NCBI GenBank assembly: GCA_903934925.1
Contig: CAIZPS010000242.1
Span: 1-42,299, forward strand
Length of the DNA: 42,299 bases
Origin: an uncultured bacterium
GTDB lineage: Bacteria > Actinomycetota > Actinomycetes > S36-B12
Direction of reading: 5' to 3'
The translations under genes and the position numbers were made by a program. Positions 1-11,776 of the stretch are shown here, in pieces; the stretch's first letter is position 1, and the number at the start of each line of letters is the position of its first letter. Under the pieces are notes generated by a model. The model ran no database searches, was not told where the DNA came from, and was given only the letters and a program-made list of their open reading frames with translations.

Positions 1-1
1 G

Positions 2-319
2 CTTCGGCAAATCCTTCAGCATGAAGCCCGGGTTCGCCCCGCGGCCGAGCAGCATGAACGGATCGCGCATCACCACCGCTGAGAAGGACCGCAAGGGGCA
101 GGCGGGATCGGCGGCGCGCATCATGATCACGCGCATGGGGCCAGACCAGGCGACATCGGCTTGATCCGCGAGCAGCGTCTCTGCCGCGCGGTTCGGGTCA
201 CCCGCCGTGGAGCGCGTTACTGTGACGCCGTGCTTGGCGTAAAAGCCGCGCTGTTCGGCCACATAAAAGGGCGCGTATAAAACGGCGCGGAAGGGTTCGG
301 CAAGGCGGATGGGCTTCAC
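2..319 (-). CDS. ABC transporter substrate-binding protein, NMT1/THI5/TauA-like (5' part only, runs off window edge)
   Basis: Not in the ORF track; manual translation from GTG at 319 (RBS AAGGAG at 328-333) gives MKPIRLAEPFRAVLYAPFYVAEQRGFYAKHGVTV...ADVAWSGPMRV...VVMRDPFMLLGR. The YAPFYVA.ERG.F pattern is typical of this family. Confidence 0.8.
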   Translation of the reverse strand, partial: MKPIRLAEPFRAVLYAPFYVAEQRGFYAKHGVTVTRSTAGDPNRAAETLLADQADVAWSGPMRVIMMRAADPACPLRSFSAVVMRDPFMLLGRGANPGFMLKDLPK

Positions 320-472
320 GATATGGGCTCCTTCAGGTGGGGCATTTTGCCCGGCTTTGGCGGCGCGGTCAGCCCCAGCAAGCCCGGCCCGAGTCGCAGT
401 TTGCGCCTTTTCTTAACATCGTCATCTAAGGCCTTGCAGGGAAAGCAGGAAGGGAGGAGACCCTTCGCCTCC

Positions 473-2506
473 TCACCGGAAGACGCTATATCTTGTGGGT
501 GCCGCTGCCAATGACTGCACGGGTCCATCAGCAGGATCTGTGCGCATGACGTTTCGAATGAACCGCTCCTCGCGCCCGGCTTCCGCACGGACGTGGGGAT
601 CGCCCGCATCCAGACGCCCCTCGGCCACACCACGAGGCAGGCGCCCAGCGCCAGACTCCTGAAGTGGTCGGTAACGCCAGGCAATTCGCTCGATCGCCGC
701 CCGCGCATCACGTGTGGCGGACGCCGCCTGCGCCTGTGCAGACCGGTTCTCCCAGGCCAGACGCGCATTCCGACGCAAACTGCGTCCAAGCAGCGCACCT
801 ACCAAGATGATGGCCGTGCCCGGTTGAGTGAGTTCACCGAGTGGATCCCCCTGCAACACCAACCACGTCAACAGAAGGAGGATCCAGCCCCCAGATGGTC
901 CGATCGCCGCGACAACGAGGAACAGTCCTGCGATCGCCGGCGAGGACCACCATGCCGTGGCCACTTCTGGCGTCGCCGACTCCTGCAGCACATAGGTCAT
1001 CCAGCCGCCAGCCGCGACCAGAACGACGACCGACCACGTCAGCGTTCTGCGCTGGCACAAACCGACCACTGTGACCACGAGGACGAGCCACAGAGAAAAA
1101 GCGATGCCATTTCGCATGGGGTCCGTGATGAATCCGCGCGTGACGATGACCATGACGGAGGCGTACAGAGCCAGAACAACGAGCACCGGCAGCGCCAAGA
1201 CTGACGCTGCAGGAGTGAGCGCCGAATCCTGGCCGTCGGAGGCGCCCCTTGGCGACCACCAGCCCAGGGTGATGTCCGTCCCCTCCCCGAGTGCACTGCG
1301 CACGACAGCCGTGCCTCCGACCTCGGCCATAGGCCCGGCAATCGCGTCCGTGAGACCGAACCGCTCCTCCACGGCAGCCTGCGGAAAACCACGCCCGTCA
1401 TCCCGTATGCGCAAACTCACACCCCGGCTTCCCCGTGCCCTCAACGCCGTCACGTCAACGTCCACGCTGGACGCGTCAGCGTGGCGACCGACATTGATCA
1501 GGGCCTCGGCCGCAGCCGTTCGCAGAGCGGAGTAGACGTCAGCTGGAAGGTCGACCTGTTGAGCACTCCATCGGACATCGACACCGCTGCCTTGCAGATC
1601 CGAGATGACCCCGGCCAGGTCCTGCTCGAGGGAACCGTGGTCTCGGGCTTCGTCGACGGCAGGGGCGGATCGACTGCTCAGCGACTCCAGCAGACGTGCT
1701 CCCTCTTCGCAGCGCACGGAAATGCGCGCACCCCACTGCGCACCCAGACCCCCCCTCGCCAGAGCGACCAGGGTGTTGAGCACGCTCTCGTGCAGGCGCC
1801 TCTCGGTGTCGCGAAGGCTCTGCGCGACCACATCGACGGTATGCCGCTCCTGCTCAGCGCGCAGGAGGTCGATGGCCGCGCCATCAGCAGCATCAGCATT
1901 CGCGAGCAGAGCTCGCTTGGCCGCCACGCAGGACAGACCCATCGCCAGCACGTAGACCGGATCGAGGATCGCGTCCACCGACGAGTTGAACTCCCCCGAC
2001 CAGTCCGGCAGGACCACATCGCGAAGCAGCAGAGCCGTCATGAAGCCCGTGCCGATCAGGCCCCATCGGGTCGACAGCAGCAGGCCCGTGACTCCTGCCG
2101 CGAGGGCAGCAAGCTCCGCCACGCGCTGCCAGTCTGGCTCCGGGCTGCGTGCCTGGCTCACATTCACCACCAGCGTTGCCGCCAAGATCACCACAGCGTT
2201 CATGCGGACGATACGGGCAGCCCAAGGCCTCCTCCCGATCACGTGGACCAGCAGCAGCACCACCGCCAGGGCAAGGACGGCAGCCACCGCAATCGCCGAT
2301 GCTGGCGTGGGCTGCGCCTGGGGAAGCAGAGAGGGCTGCACCACGAACCACAGCAGCTGCCAGCACACCGCCGCTGAGAGCAGGCCGCGCGTGACTCCCG
2401 ACACGGCGGTGGTTGGCTCTGCACGACGCATGAGAAACCGGAGGCGGCGCACAACGACGGTGTCCTGCAGGCGCCGGACAATACGCGTCGGGGTCTCGGT
2501 GACCAT
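473..2506 (-). CDS. Membrane sensor histidine kinase (HisKA_3/HATPase_c) with a second C-terminal membrane module; probably 3'-truncated
   Basis: H-box RRLHESVLNTL, N-box EALINVGRHA, G1 IRDDGRGF, G2 RFGL, and multiple TM helices either side. Start placed at ATG 2506 to avoid overlap with azlC. Confidence 0.8.
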   Translation of the reverse strand: MVTETPTRIVRRLQDTVVVRRLRFLMRRAEPTTAVSGVTRGLLSAAVCWQLLWFVVQPSLLPQAQPTPASAIAVAAVLALAVVLLLVHVIGRRPWAARIVRMNAVVILAATLVVNVSQARSPEPDWQRVAELAALAAGVTGLLLSTRWGLIGTGFMTALLLRDVVLPDWSGEFNSSVDAILDPVYVLAMGLSCVAAKRALLANADAADGAAIDLLRAEQERHTVDVVAQSLRDTERRLHESVLNTLVALARGGLGAQWGARISVRCEEGARLLESLSSRSAPAVDEARDHGSLEQDLAGVISDLQGSGVDVRWSAQQVDLPADVYSALRTAAAEALINVGRHADASSVDVDVTALRARGSRGVSLRIRDDGRGFPQAAVEERFGLTDAIAGPMAEVGGTAVVRSALGEGTDITLGWWSPRGASDGQDSALTPAASVLALPVLVVLALYASVMVIVTRGFITDPMRNGIAFSLWLVLVVTVVGLCQRRTLTWSVVVLVAAGGWMTYVLQESATPEVATAWWSSPAIAGLFLVVAAIGPSGGWILLLLTWLVLQGDPLGELTQPGTAIILVGALLGRSLRRNARLAWENRSAQAQAASATRDARAAIERIAWRYRPLQESGAGRLPRGVAEGRLDAGDPHVRAEAGREERFIRNVMRTDPADGPVQSLAAAPTRYSVFR
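483..498. promoter_or_regulatory. NrdR-box-like operator
   Basis: ACGCTATATCTTGTGG closely matches the 16-bp NrdR consensus acaCwAtATaTwGtgt; no nrd gene follows in this window. Confidence 0.55.
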
Positions 2507-2546
2507 CGGCCAACTGTGGCATAGCAGCGCCCGATACGGTCCTGTC

Positions 2547-3251
2547 GTGGAGAGCGAGGCGCAAGGCACCGGACGCCGTGCCATCCACGCCAAGGCACTG
2601 AGCATCGCGGTAGCAACCGGCGCCTACGCGCTCTCCTTCGGGGCCATCTCCGTCTCCACTGGCCTCGACGTGTGGCAGACGCAGGCGCTGTCCCTCCTGA
2701 TGTTCACGGGTGCCTCCCAGTTCGCGTTCGTCGGCATCGTGGGCGCGGGCGGTGGCCTGGTTGCCGCAGTGCTCACCGCCTGGCTCCTGGGGGCTCGCAA
2801 CAGCATGTACGCGGTGGGCCTCAACCCAATTCTGCGCCCGCGCGGGGTCCGGAGGCTCGTCGCCGCACAGACCACCATCGACGAGTCCACGGCCATGGCC
2901 CTGGCACATCCCGAGCCGGTCTCGAATTCTCGCTATGCCTTCTGGATCACCGGAGCCTGGATATACCTGCTCTGGAACGCGGGCACCCTCGTGGGGGCGT
3001 TGAGTGCCAAAGCCATCGGTGACCCGAGCACGCTGGGTCTCGATGCCGCCACGGCCGCAGCCCTCCTAGCCCTCCTGTGGCCCCGTCTGGTGGAACGGCA
3101 GGTGTGGGCTGTGGCCCTCGCCGCGGCAGGAGTGGCCATCGTCCTCACCCCGGTCCTCCAACCCGGACTGCCGGTCCTTGCCGCCGCCATGGTCGCCCTT
3201 CTCGCCGGCATGCTCGGCGGACGAATCGGCGGCCGGAACACGAGTCCATGA
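2547..3251 (+). CDS. azlC: AzlC family branched-chain amino acid permease
   Basis: Motifs YALSFGA, SLLMFTGASQFA and TIDES; hydrophobic; GTG start 6 nt after TACGGT. Confidence 0.9.
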   Translation: MESEAQGTGRRAIHAKALSIAVATGAYALSFGAISVSTGLDVWQTQALSLLMFTGASQFAFVGIVGAGGGLVAAVLTAWLLGARNSMYAVGLNPILRPRGVRRLVAAQTTIDESTAMALAHPEPVSNSRYAFWITGAWIYLLWNAGTLVGALSAKAIGDPSTLGLDAATAAALLALLWPRLVERQVWAVALAAAGVAIVLTPVLQPGLPVLAAAMVALLAGMLGGRIGGRNTSP

Positions 3252-3559
3252 TGTGGGCCGCCGTACTCGTCGCGTCGCTCGGCTGCTTCCTCGAGAAGTA
3301 CCTGGGCTACCTCGTGCCGCCCGCCGTGCTCGAGAACAGGCGCACCCGACGGGTCTTCGGACTCATGCCCGTTGCGCTTCTCTCGGCGCTCGTCGCCGTC
3401 CAGACCTTCGCCACGGGGATGGCGCTGGAGCTCGATGCGCGCGCCGCGGGACTTGGCATGGCCATCGTGGCCTTGATGCTTCGGGCCCCCTTCCTCGCGG
3501 TCGTGATTCTCGCCGGAGTCACCGCGGCTGGCCTGCGCGCACTCGGCTGGGCCTCGTGA
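3248..3559 (+). CDS. azlD: AzlD domain small membrane protein
   Basis: ATGA overlap with azlC; KYLGYLVP and PVALLSALVAVQTF motifs. Confidence 0.88.
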   Translation: MMWAAVLVASLGCFLEKYLGYLVPPAVLENRRTRRVFGLMPVALLSALVAVQTFATGMALELDARAAGLGMAIVALMLRAPFLAVVILAGVTAAGLRALGWAS

Positions 3560-4103
3560 ACCGCCCGCAGCGGCCGATCTTCGGCTTTCTGTGGCCGCGA
3601 CCCGATCCCCATGCGCCTCTGGACGCGGCCGCGGTTCAGCAGCGTCTGGTGCGCGTTGCACCGCGCGGTCCTGTTCGGATCCTTACGCTCATCATCGCCA
3701 CCTTGCTGAGCGTCTTCTTGACTTCCGCTGCCGTCATGACTGCCCTTTCCGCACCCATGAGTGGTGCCGCACTTCTGGCTTCTGCCGTGGCTGCCACGGC
3801 GCTCTACATCTCTCTTCGCGGATGGGTGCTCGGCACGTACGTAAACGATCACGGGATCGTCCTGGACACCCTCGTCCGACGGGTGCGCATCCCCTGGAAC
3901 GAGGTCTCGGAAGTGCACCGCGCGCGGGAGCCAGTGCCCTTGCTAGGCATGCCGCTGCGGACATCCGGACTTCGCATAAGCATCGAGACCACGCGCGGCG
4001 AGCGCTTCGGCACCCACGTCTACACAAGTTCACCCGACCTTGTCGGACGACCTGATGCCTTCGACATGGCGACGGACCGCCTTGAGAACTGGTTTCGTCG
4101 GGC

Positions 4104-4107
<4 letters not shown>
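3556..4107 (+). CDS. Membrane protein with bacterial PH domain
   Basis: GTGA overlap with azlD; two TM helices then GTYVNDHGIV...RVRIPWNEV, a bPH-like signature. Confidence 0.65.
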
Positions 4108-6658
<2,551 letters not shown>

Positions 6659-6666
<8 letters not shown>

Positions 6667-8860
6667 CGGCGCCAGCGGCGCCTTCCTCGACGACCGGGAC
6701 CAGGGACAGCTTCCCGCGTGAGTCGATCTCCTTGATCTCGACCTCGAGCTTGGTTCCGACGGAGAGAACATCCTCGACGTTCTCGACCCGCTTGCCTCCG
6801 TTGAGCTTCTTGATCTCGGTGATGTGGAGCAGGCCATCCCTGCCCGGCGTCAGAGAGACGAAAGCACCGAACGTCGTCGTCTTGACCACTGTCCCGAGGT
6901 AACGCTCACCGACCTCCGGCATCGTCGGGTTCGCGATCGCGTTGATCGCTGCTCGTGCAGCCTCGGCCGATGCGCCATCAGCAGCCCCGATATAGATGGT
7001 GCCGTCATCCTCGATGGTGATATCGGCGCCGGTGTCCTCCTGGATCTGGTTGATGATCTTGCCCTTCGGCCCGATCACCTCGCCGATCTTGTCGACGGGC
7101 ACCGTGATGCTGATGACCCGGGGTGCCGTAGGCGCCATCTCGTCAGGAGCATCGATCGCCTCGTTCATGACATCGAGGATGGTCATGCGGGCATCGCGCG
7201 CCTGCTGGAGCGCCTGACCCAGCACCTCGGCCGGAATTCCGTCCAGCTTCGTGTCAAGCTGCAGGGCCGTCACGAAGTCACGAGTGCCAGCAACCTTGAA
7301 ATCCATGTCGCCGAACGCATCCTCCGCGCCGAGGATGTCGGTGATCGCCACGTACTCGGGCTTGCCGTCGACATCTCCCGAGATGAGGCCCATGGCGATG
7401 CCGGCCACCGGTGCCCGCAACGGAACGCCGGCATTGAGAAGCGACATGGTCGAGGCGCACACAGAGCCCATGGAAGTCGACCCATTGGAACCCAACGCTT
7501 CCGACACCTGCCGAATCGCGTAGGGGAACTCCTCACGTGAAGGCAGCACCGGCAATAGCGCGCGCTCAGCGAGGGCGCCGTGGCCGATCTCGCGGCGCTT
7601 GGGAGACCCGACCCGACCCGTCTCACCGGTCGAGTAGGGCGGGAAGTTGTAGTTGTGCATGTAGCGCTTGCGGTTCTCCGGGTTCAGCGTGTCGAGTTGC
7701 TGCTCCATGCGGAGCATGTTGAGCGTCGTCACACCGAGAATCTGGGTCTCGCCCCGCTCGAACAGCGCCGATCCGTGCACGCGCGGAAGGACATCCACCT
7801 CAGCGGACAGCGTGCGAATGTCGGTGATGCCTCGACCGTCGATGCGTACCTTGTCACGGAGGACCCGATCACGCACGACCTTCTTGGTCACCGAGCGCAC
7901 GGCCGCCGACACCTCCTTCTCGCGACCCACGAACTCCACTGCAAGCTCGGCGAGTACAACCTTCTTGATGTCATCGAGCCGCGCCTCGCGGTCGGCCTTG
8001 CTCACGATCTGCATGGCCTCGCGGATATCAGCGATGGAGAGCCGTTCAACGGCGTCGTACACGTCAGGCTGGTAGTCAAGGAACAGCGGAAAGTCGGCCG
8101 TGGGCTTCGCGGCAGCCTTGGCCAGCTCGATCTGGGCCTCGCAGAGGACTCGGATGAAGCGCTTCGATGCTTCCAGGCCCTGAGCAACGATCTCCTCTGT
8201 GGGAGCAGTTGCCCCGCCGGCCACCAGTTCGATCGTGCGGTCCGTAGCCTCGGCCTCGACCATCATGATTGCTACGTCGTCACCGGCGATGCGGCCGGCC
8301 ACCACCATGTCGAACACGGCCTCCTCCAGCTGCCCATGGTTCGGGAAGGCAACCCACTGGCCCCGGATCAGGGCCACGCGAACTCCGCCGACCGGACCGC
8401 TGAAGGGCAGACCTGCCAGTTGCGTCGACGCAGACGCAGCATTGATCGCCACCACGTCGTAGAGGTCCTGGGGGTTCAGCGCCATGACCGTGATGACGAC
8501 CTGAACCTCGTTGCGCAATCCCTTCGTGAAGGTGGGGCGCAGGGGACGGTCGATGAGTCGGCAGGTGAGAATGGCGTCCTCCGACGGGCGCCCTTCACGG
8601 CGGAAGAAGGAGCCTGGGATGCGTCCGACGGAGTACATGCGCTCCTCGACATCCACCGTGAGGGGGAAGAAGTCGAACTGATCCTTCGGCTGCTTGCCCG
8701 CAGTCGTGGCCGACAGGAGCATGGTGTCGTCGTCGAGGTAGACGCAGACCGAGCCCGCCGCTTGGCGCGCCAAGCGTCCGGTCTCGAATCGAATCGTACG
8801 GGTGCCGAGCGAGCCGTTGTCGATGATGGCGTCGGCGACTGAGATCTGGGAACCCTCCAC
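6659..8860 (-). CDS. pnp: Polyribonucleotide nucleotidyltransferase (PNPase/GpsI)
   Basis: [27 protein letters not shown] and DMDFKVAG motifs; KH and S1 domains. Confidence 0.99.
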
Positions 8861-8908
8861 GGGTGCCTCCTGTTCGCGAAAGTCGGACAGGGGCGCACAC
8901 GCTGAGCG

Positions 8909-8988
8909 GCCGGTGGCGGTCTTCGATCGAGGCCCACGGGAACTGAGGTGCTGCTCCCGGAGGTCACTACCGAGGACCGACGACTGGC
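8909..8988 (-). ncRNA. Actino-pnp cis-regulatory leader stem-loop (RNase III site-type)
   Basis: Minus strand reads CGGTCCTCGGTAGTG...CCTCGATCGAAGACCG, forming a long hairpin in the pnp 5' region as in the actinobacterial pnp leader motif (recognised from memory, not searched). Confidence 0.8.
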
Positions 8989-9089
8989 GCGCATGTCGCG
9001 ACGCCCCGGATCCGGTACGTGTCGTGCTCTTGATTGTTCAGTTGTGGTGGTGTGTGGTGGGGACGCGGTGGCCCCCACGACGCGGTGTC

Positions 9090-9359
9090 CTAGCGGCGCA
9101 GGCCGAGCTTCTCGATGATCGCCCGGTAGCGCTCGATGTCGGTCTTGGTCAGGTACTGGAGCAGCCGACGACGCTGGCTGACGAGGATCAGCAGTCCCCG
9201 ACGACTGTGGTGGTCATGCTTATGCTGCTTGAGATGCTCCGTGAGGTCGGAGATGCGCCGCGTAAGCATGGCGATCTGGACTTCAGGACTGCCGGTGTCT
9301 CCGGGCTTGGTGCCGTACTCGGCGATGATCTGCTGCTTTGTTGCGCTGTCGAGCGACAT
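9090..9359 (-). CDS. rpsO: 30S ribosomal protein S15
   Basis: [13 protein letters not shown] and [12 protein letters not shown] motifs; 89 aa. Confidence 0.99.
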   Translation of the reverse strand: MSLDSATKQQIIAEYGTKPGDTGSPEVQIAMLTRRISDLTEHLKQHKHDHHSRRGLLILVSQRRRLLQYLTKTDIERYRAIIEKLGLRR

Positions 9360-9364
9360 GCGAG

Positions 9365-9445
9365 CATTCCTTCACTCACCCCTACGGGTGATCGAGATGA
9401 CACGAACCACAGCGCTCGAAGAAGCCCCGTGGCCGTCTGGAGTCG
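9365..9445 (-). promoter_or_regulatory. Structured rpsO 5' leader (putative S15 autoregulatory element) downstream of a TAGTCT -10
   Basis: Hairpins ACGGCCACGG..GCT-TCTTCG-AGC..CTGTGGTTCGT and TCACCC-GTAG-GGGTGA immediately before the GAAGGA SD. Confidence 0.5.
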
Positions 9446-9505
9446 CCAGACTACCAGCCCTATTCCCACCCCCGCGAACCGCCGTGGGGCACCGTGACGC
9501 GAACG

Positions 9506-10414
9506 TCACGAATCAGGTGACCCAAGGATCCGACGAGCCTGGGCTACGTCACGGCCCATCTGCTCCACGAGGGCCTCGACGTCGACGAACCTCTCCTGGC
9601 CGCGTAGTCGCTCCACGAACTCCAGACGCACCTCGTGGCCGTAGAGATCCAGATCCCTCCGGTCGATGACGTACGCCTCCACCCGGCGATCCCGGCCTGC
9701 GAACTGGGGGTTCGTGCCCACCGAGATGGCAGCGGGCAGGCGCTCCCCAGCATCCACCAGCCAACCTGCGTACACCCCATCGGCCGGTATCACGGGCCTG
9801 TCCGACCAGGCGAGGTTGGCTGTCGGATACCCCAGCTCACGCCCACGATGGTCACCATGAACCACGTTGCCGTCCAGGGCATAGTCACGGCCGAGCGCCA
9901 TCGCCGCCCCGGCGACGTCACCCGCCTCAAGGTTCAGTCGAATTGCCGTCGAGGACCAGCGGTCGTGGCCGTCACCCATGAGGGGCACGCCCGTCACTGA
10001 GAAGCCAAGCCGATCACCGGCCGCCTGCAGCGTCTCGAGCGAACCCGAGGCTCCGCGGCCGAACCGGAAATCAGCTCCCACCACGACGGCCCGCGCGCCG
10101 AGCCGATCAACGAGCTCTCGCGCGATGAAATCCTCGGGCGACTGTGCCGCCATCTGTCCATCGAACGCGAGGATGGCAACGTGGTCGGCACCGACCTCAT
10201 GCAGGAGGGCGACTCGGTGCTCAAGCGTGGCTAGGGCAGATGGGACACCCTCGGATGAGACCACCGACATCGGATGCGGGTCGAACGTCACTGCCGTCAG
10301 CGGCAGACCCAGCGCCTGCGCTTGGCGGCGGCCCTCCTGAAGGAGGGCGCGATGCCCGCGATGGACTCCGTCGAACACACCGATGCACAGCACCGCAGCG
10401 TCACCTCGAGTCAC
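9506..10414 (-). CDS. ribF: Bifunctional riboflavin kinase/FAD synthetase
   Basis: GVFDGVHRGH, SSTAIR, GRELGYPTAN and GTNPQF motifs. Confidence 0.97.
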   Translation of the reverse strand: MTRGDAAVLCIGVFDGVHRGHRALLQEGRRQAQALGLPLTAVTFDPHPMSVVSSEGVPSALATLEHRVALLHEVGADHVAILAFDGQMAAQSPEDFIARELVDRLGARAVVVGADFRFGRGASGSLETLQAAGDRLGFSVTGVPLMGDGHDRWSSTAIRLNLEAGDVAGAAMALGRDYALDGNVVHGDHRGRELGYPTANLAWSDRPVIPADGVYAGWLVDAGERLPAAISVGTNPQFAGRDRRVEAYVIDRRDLDLYGHEVRLEFVERLRGQERFVDVEALVEQMGRDVAQARRILGSPDS

Positions 10415-10431
10415 GGCGCCACCCTAGACGC

Positions 10432-11340
10432 TCACGCAGTGAACACGGCGAGGTAGGCGGTGCCGCGTTCGGACGGACCGACAAGGGCCACTAGACCTCC
10501 CAGAGGATCGAGTACGGCCGTGGGTTGCGCCACCGGAGAGGGAAGAATGTCATCAAGCGGTCGGCCGTTCACGATCCATGCCATGTGCTCCTGCCCGACT
10601 GTGATGATCGGGAAGGATGCGGCTGCGCACTCCCCCAAACCCATGAGAAGAGACGTCGGGTCAGGCGCCAACTCCACGACATCGCATGAAACGGCGGACG
10701 CAAGAGACCACGCTCCCACACGGGTGCGTCGCAGACGAGTCAGGTGGCCGCCCACTCCCAGCCGTGCACCAAGATCACGGGCGAGCGCGCGGACATAGGT
10801 ACCAGTGCTGCAGGTGATGTCGACATCGAGGTCGATCCACGATGCCTCCTGCTTGATGAGCTGAAGCTCGAAACGCTCGACCATGACTCTCCGAGGAGCG
10901 AGTTCCACGTCCTCCCCGGCACGCACGAGCGCATGTGCACGCTTGCCGTCAACCTTGATGGCACTCACTGCCGTGGGGACCTGGTCGATCTCTCCCGTCA
11001 ACAGATCAATGGCGCCACGGATATCTGCCGCGGACACCATCCCGAGAGACCGTTCAGACGCGATCGAGATGACCTCCCCCTCACGATCGTCCGTGACCGT
11101 TGAAGAACCGAGTCGAATCGTCGCCGAGTAGTCCTTGTCATGGAGTGCGAGATGACCGAGGAGCCTCGTGGCCCGCCCCACTCCGACCACCAGCACCCCG
11201 GTGGCCATGGGATCCAGCGTTCCCGCGTGCCCCACCTTGCGAGTGCCCATGATCCTTCGCAGCTGGCCGACCACGCCGTGGGATGTGGTCCCCGCGGGCT
11301 TGTCGATGACGATGACTCCGCTGGGGCCGAGCTCCGTCAC
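10432..11340 (-). CDS. truB: tRNA pseudouridine(55) synthase
   Basis: DKPAG.TSH, KVGHAGTLDPMATG and CSTGTYVRALARDLG motifs. Confidence 0.98.
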   Translation of the reverse strand: MTELGPSGVIVIDKPAGTTSHGVVGQLRRIMGTRKVGHAGTLDPMATGVLVVGVGRATRLLGHLALHDKDYSATIRLGSSTVTDDREGEVISIASERSLGMVSAADIRGAIDLLTGEIDQVPTAVSAIKVDGKRAHALVRAGEDVELAPRRVMVERFELQLIKQEASWIDLDVDITCSTGTYVRALARDLGARLGVGGHLTRLRRTRVGAWSLASAVSCDVVELAPDPTSLLMGLGECAAASFPIITVGQEHMAWIVNGRPLDDILPSPVAQPTAVLDPLGGLVALVGPSERGTAYLAVFTA

Positions 11341-11774
11341 TCGGCCGCCTGCTCCTCAGGGGCACGCCGATAGGGATCGGCATCCCCCGCCGGGGTGGCA
11401 TGTGCAGCCAGCTCGTGAACGGCGGCGTCGGCTTCAGCTGCCTGACGCAAGAGATCCTCGACATGGCGAGCCGTGTCCGGGATCGCGTCCGGGATGAAGG
11501 CCAGGGTCGGCGTGAACTTGATCCCGGTCTGGCGTCCCACCTCCGTCCGGAGGACGCCACGTGCCGAATCCAGGGCAGCGGCCGTCTCCGAGCGCGCATC
11601 GTCGTCGCCGTAGACGGTGTAGAACACGGAGGCCTCACGCAGATCCGGTGTGACACGGACGTCGGTCACAGTGATGAAGCCCAGACGTGGGTCCTTGATG
11701 CGCGACTCCAGCGCCTCCGCAACGATCACCTTGATGCGGTCCGCCAACTTCCGCTGGCGTGCCTCGCTCGCCAT
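11337..11774 (-). CDS. rbfA: 30S ribosome-binding factor A
   Basis: IKDPRLGFITVTDVRVTPDL and KFTPTLAF motifs. Confidence 0.97.
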   Translation of the reverse strand: MASEARQRKLADRIKVIVAEALESRIKDPRLGFITVTDVRVTPDLREASVFYTVYGDDDARSETAAALDSARGVLRTEVGRQTGIKFTPTLAFIPDAIPDTARHVEDLLRQAAEADAAVHELAAHATPAGDADPYRRAPEEQAAE

Positions 11775-11776
11775 GG

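Noticed and set aside
414-430. CtrA box (TTAA-N7-TTAA)
   Set aside because: Only one half-site; the spacing to a second half-site does not fit.
10432-11340. Functional link between truB and the psuG-like gene
   Set aside because: truB sits in its universal rbfA-truB-ribF context 30 kb away; the co-occurrence is coincidental.
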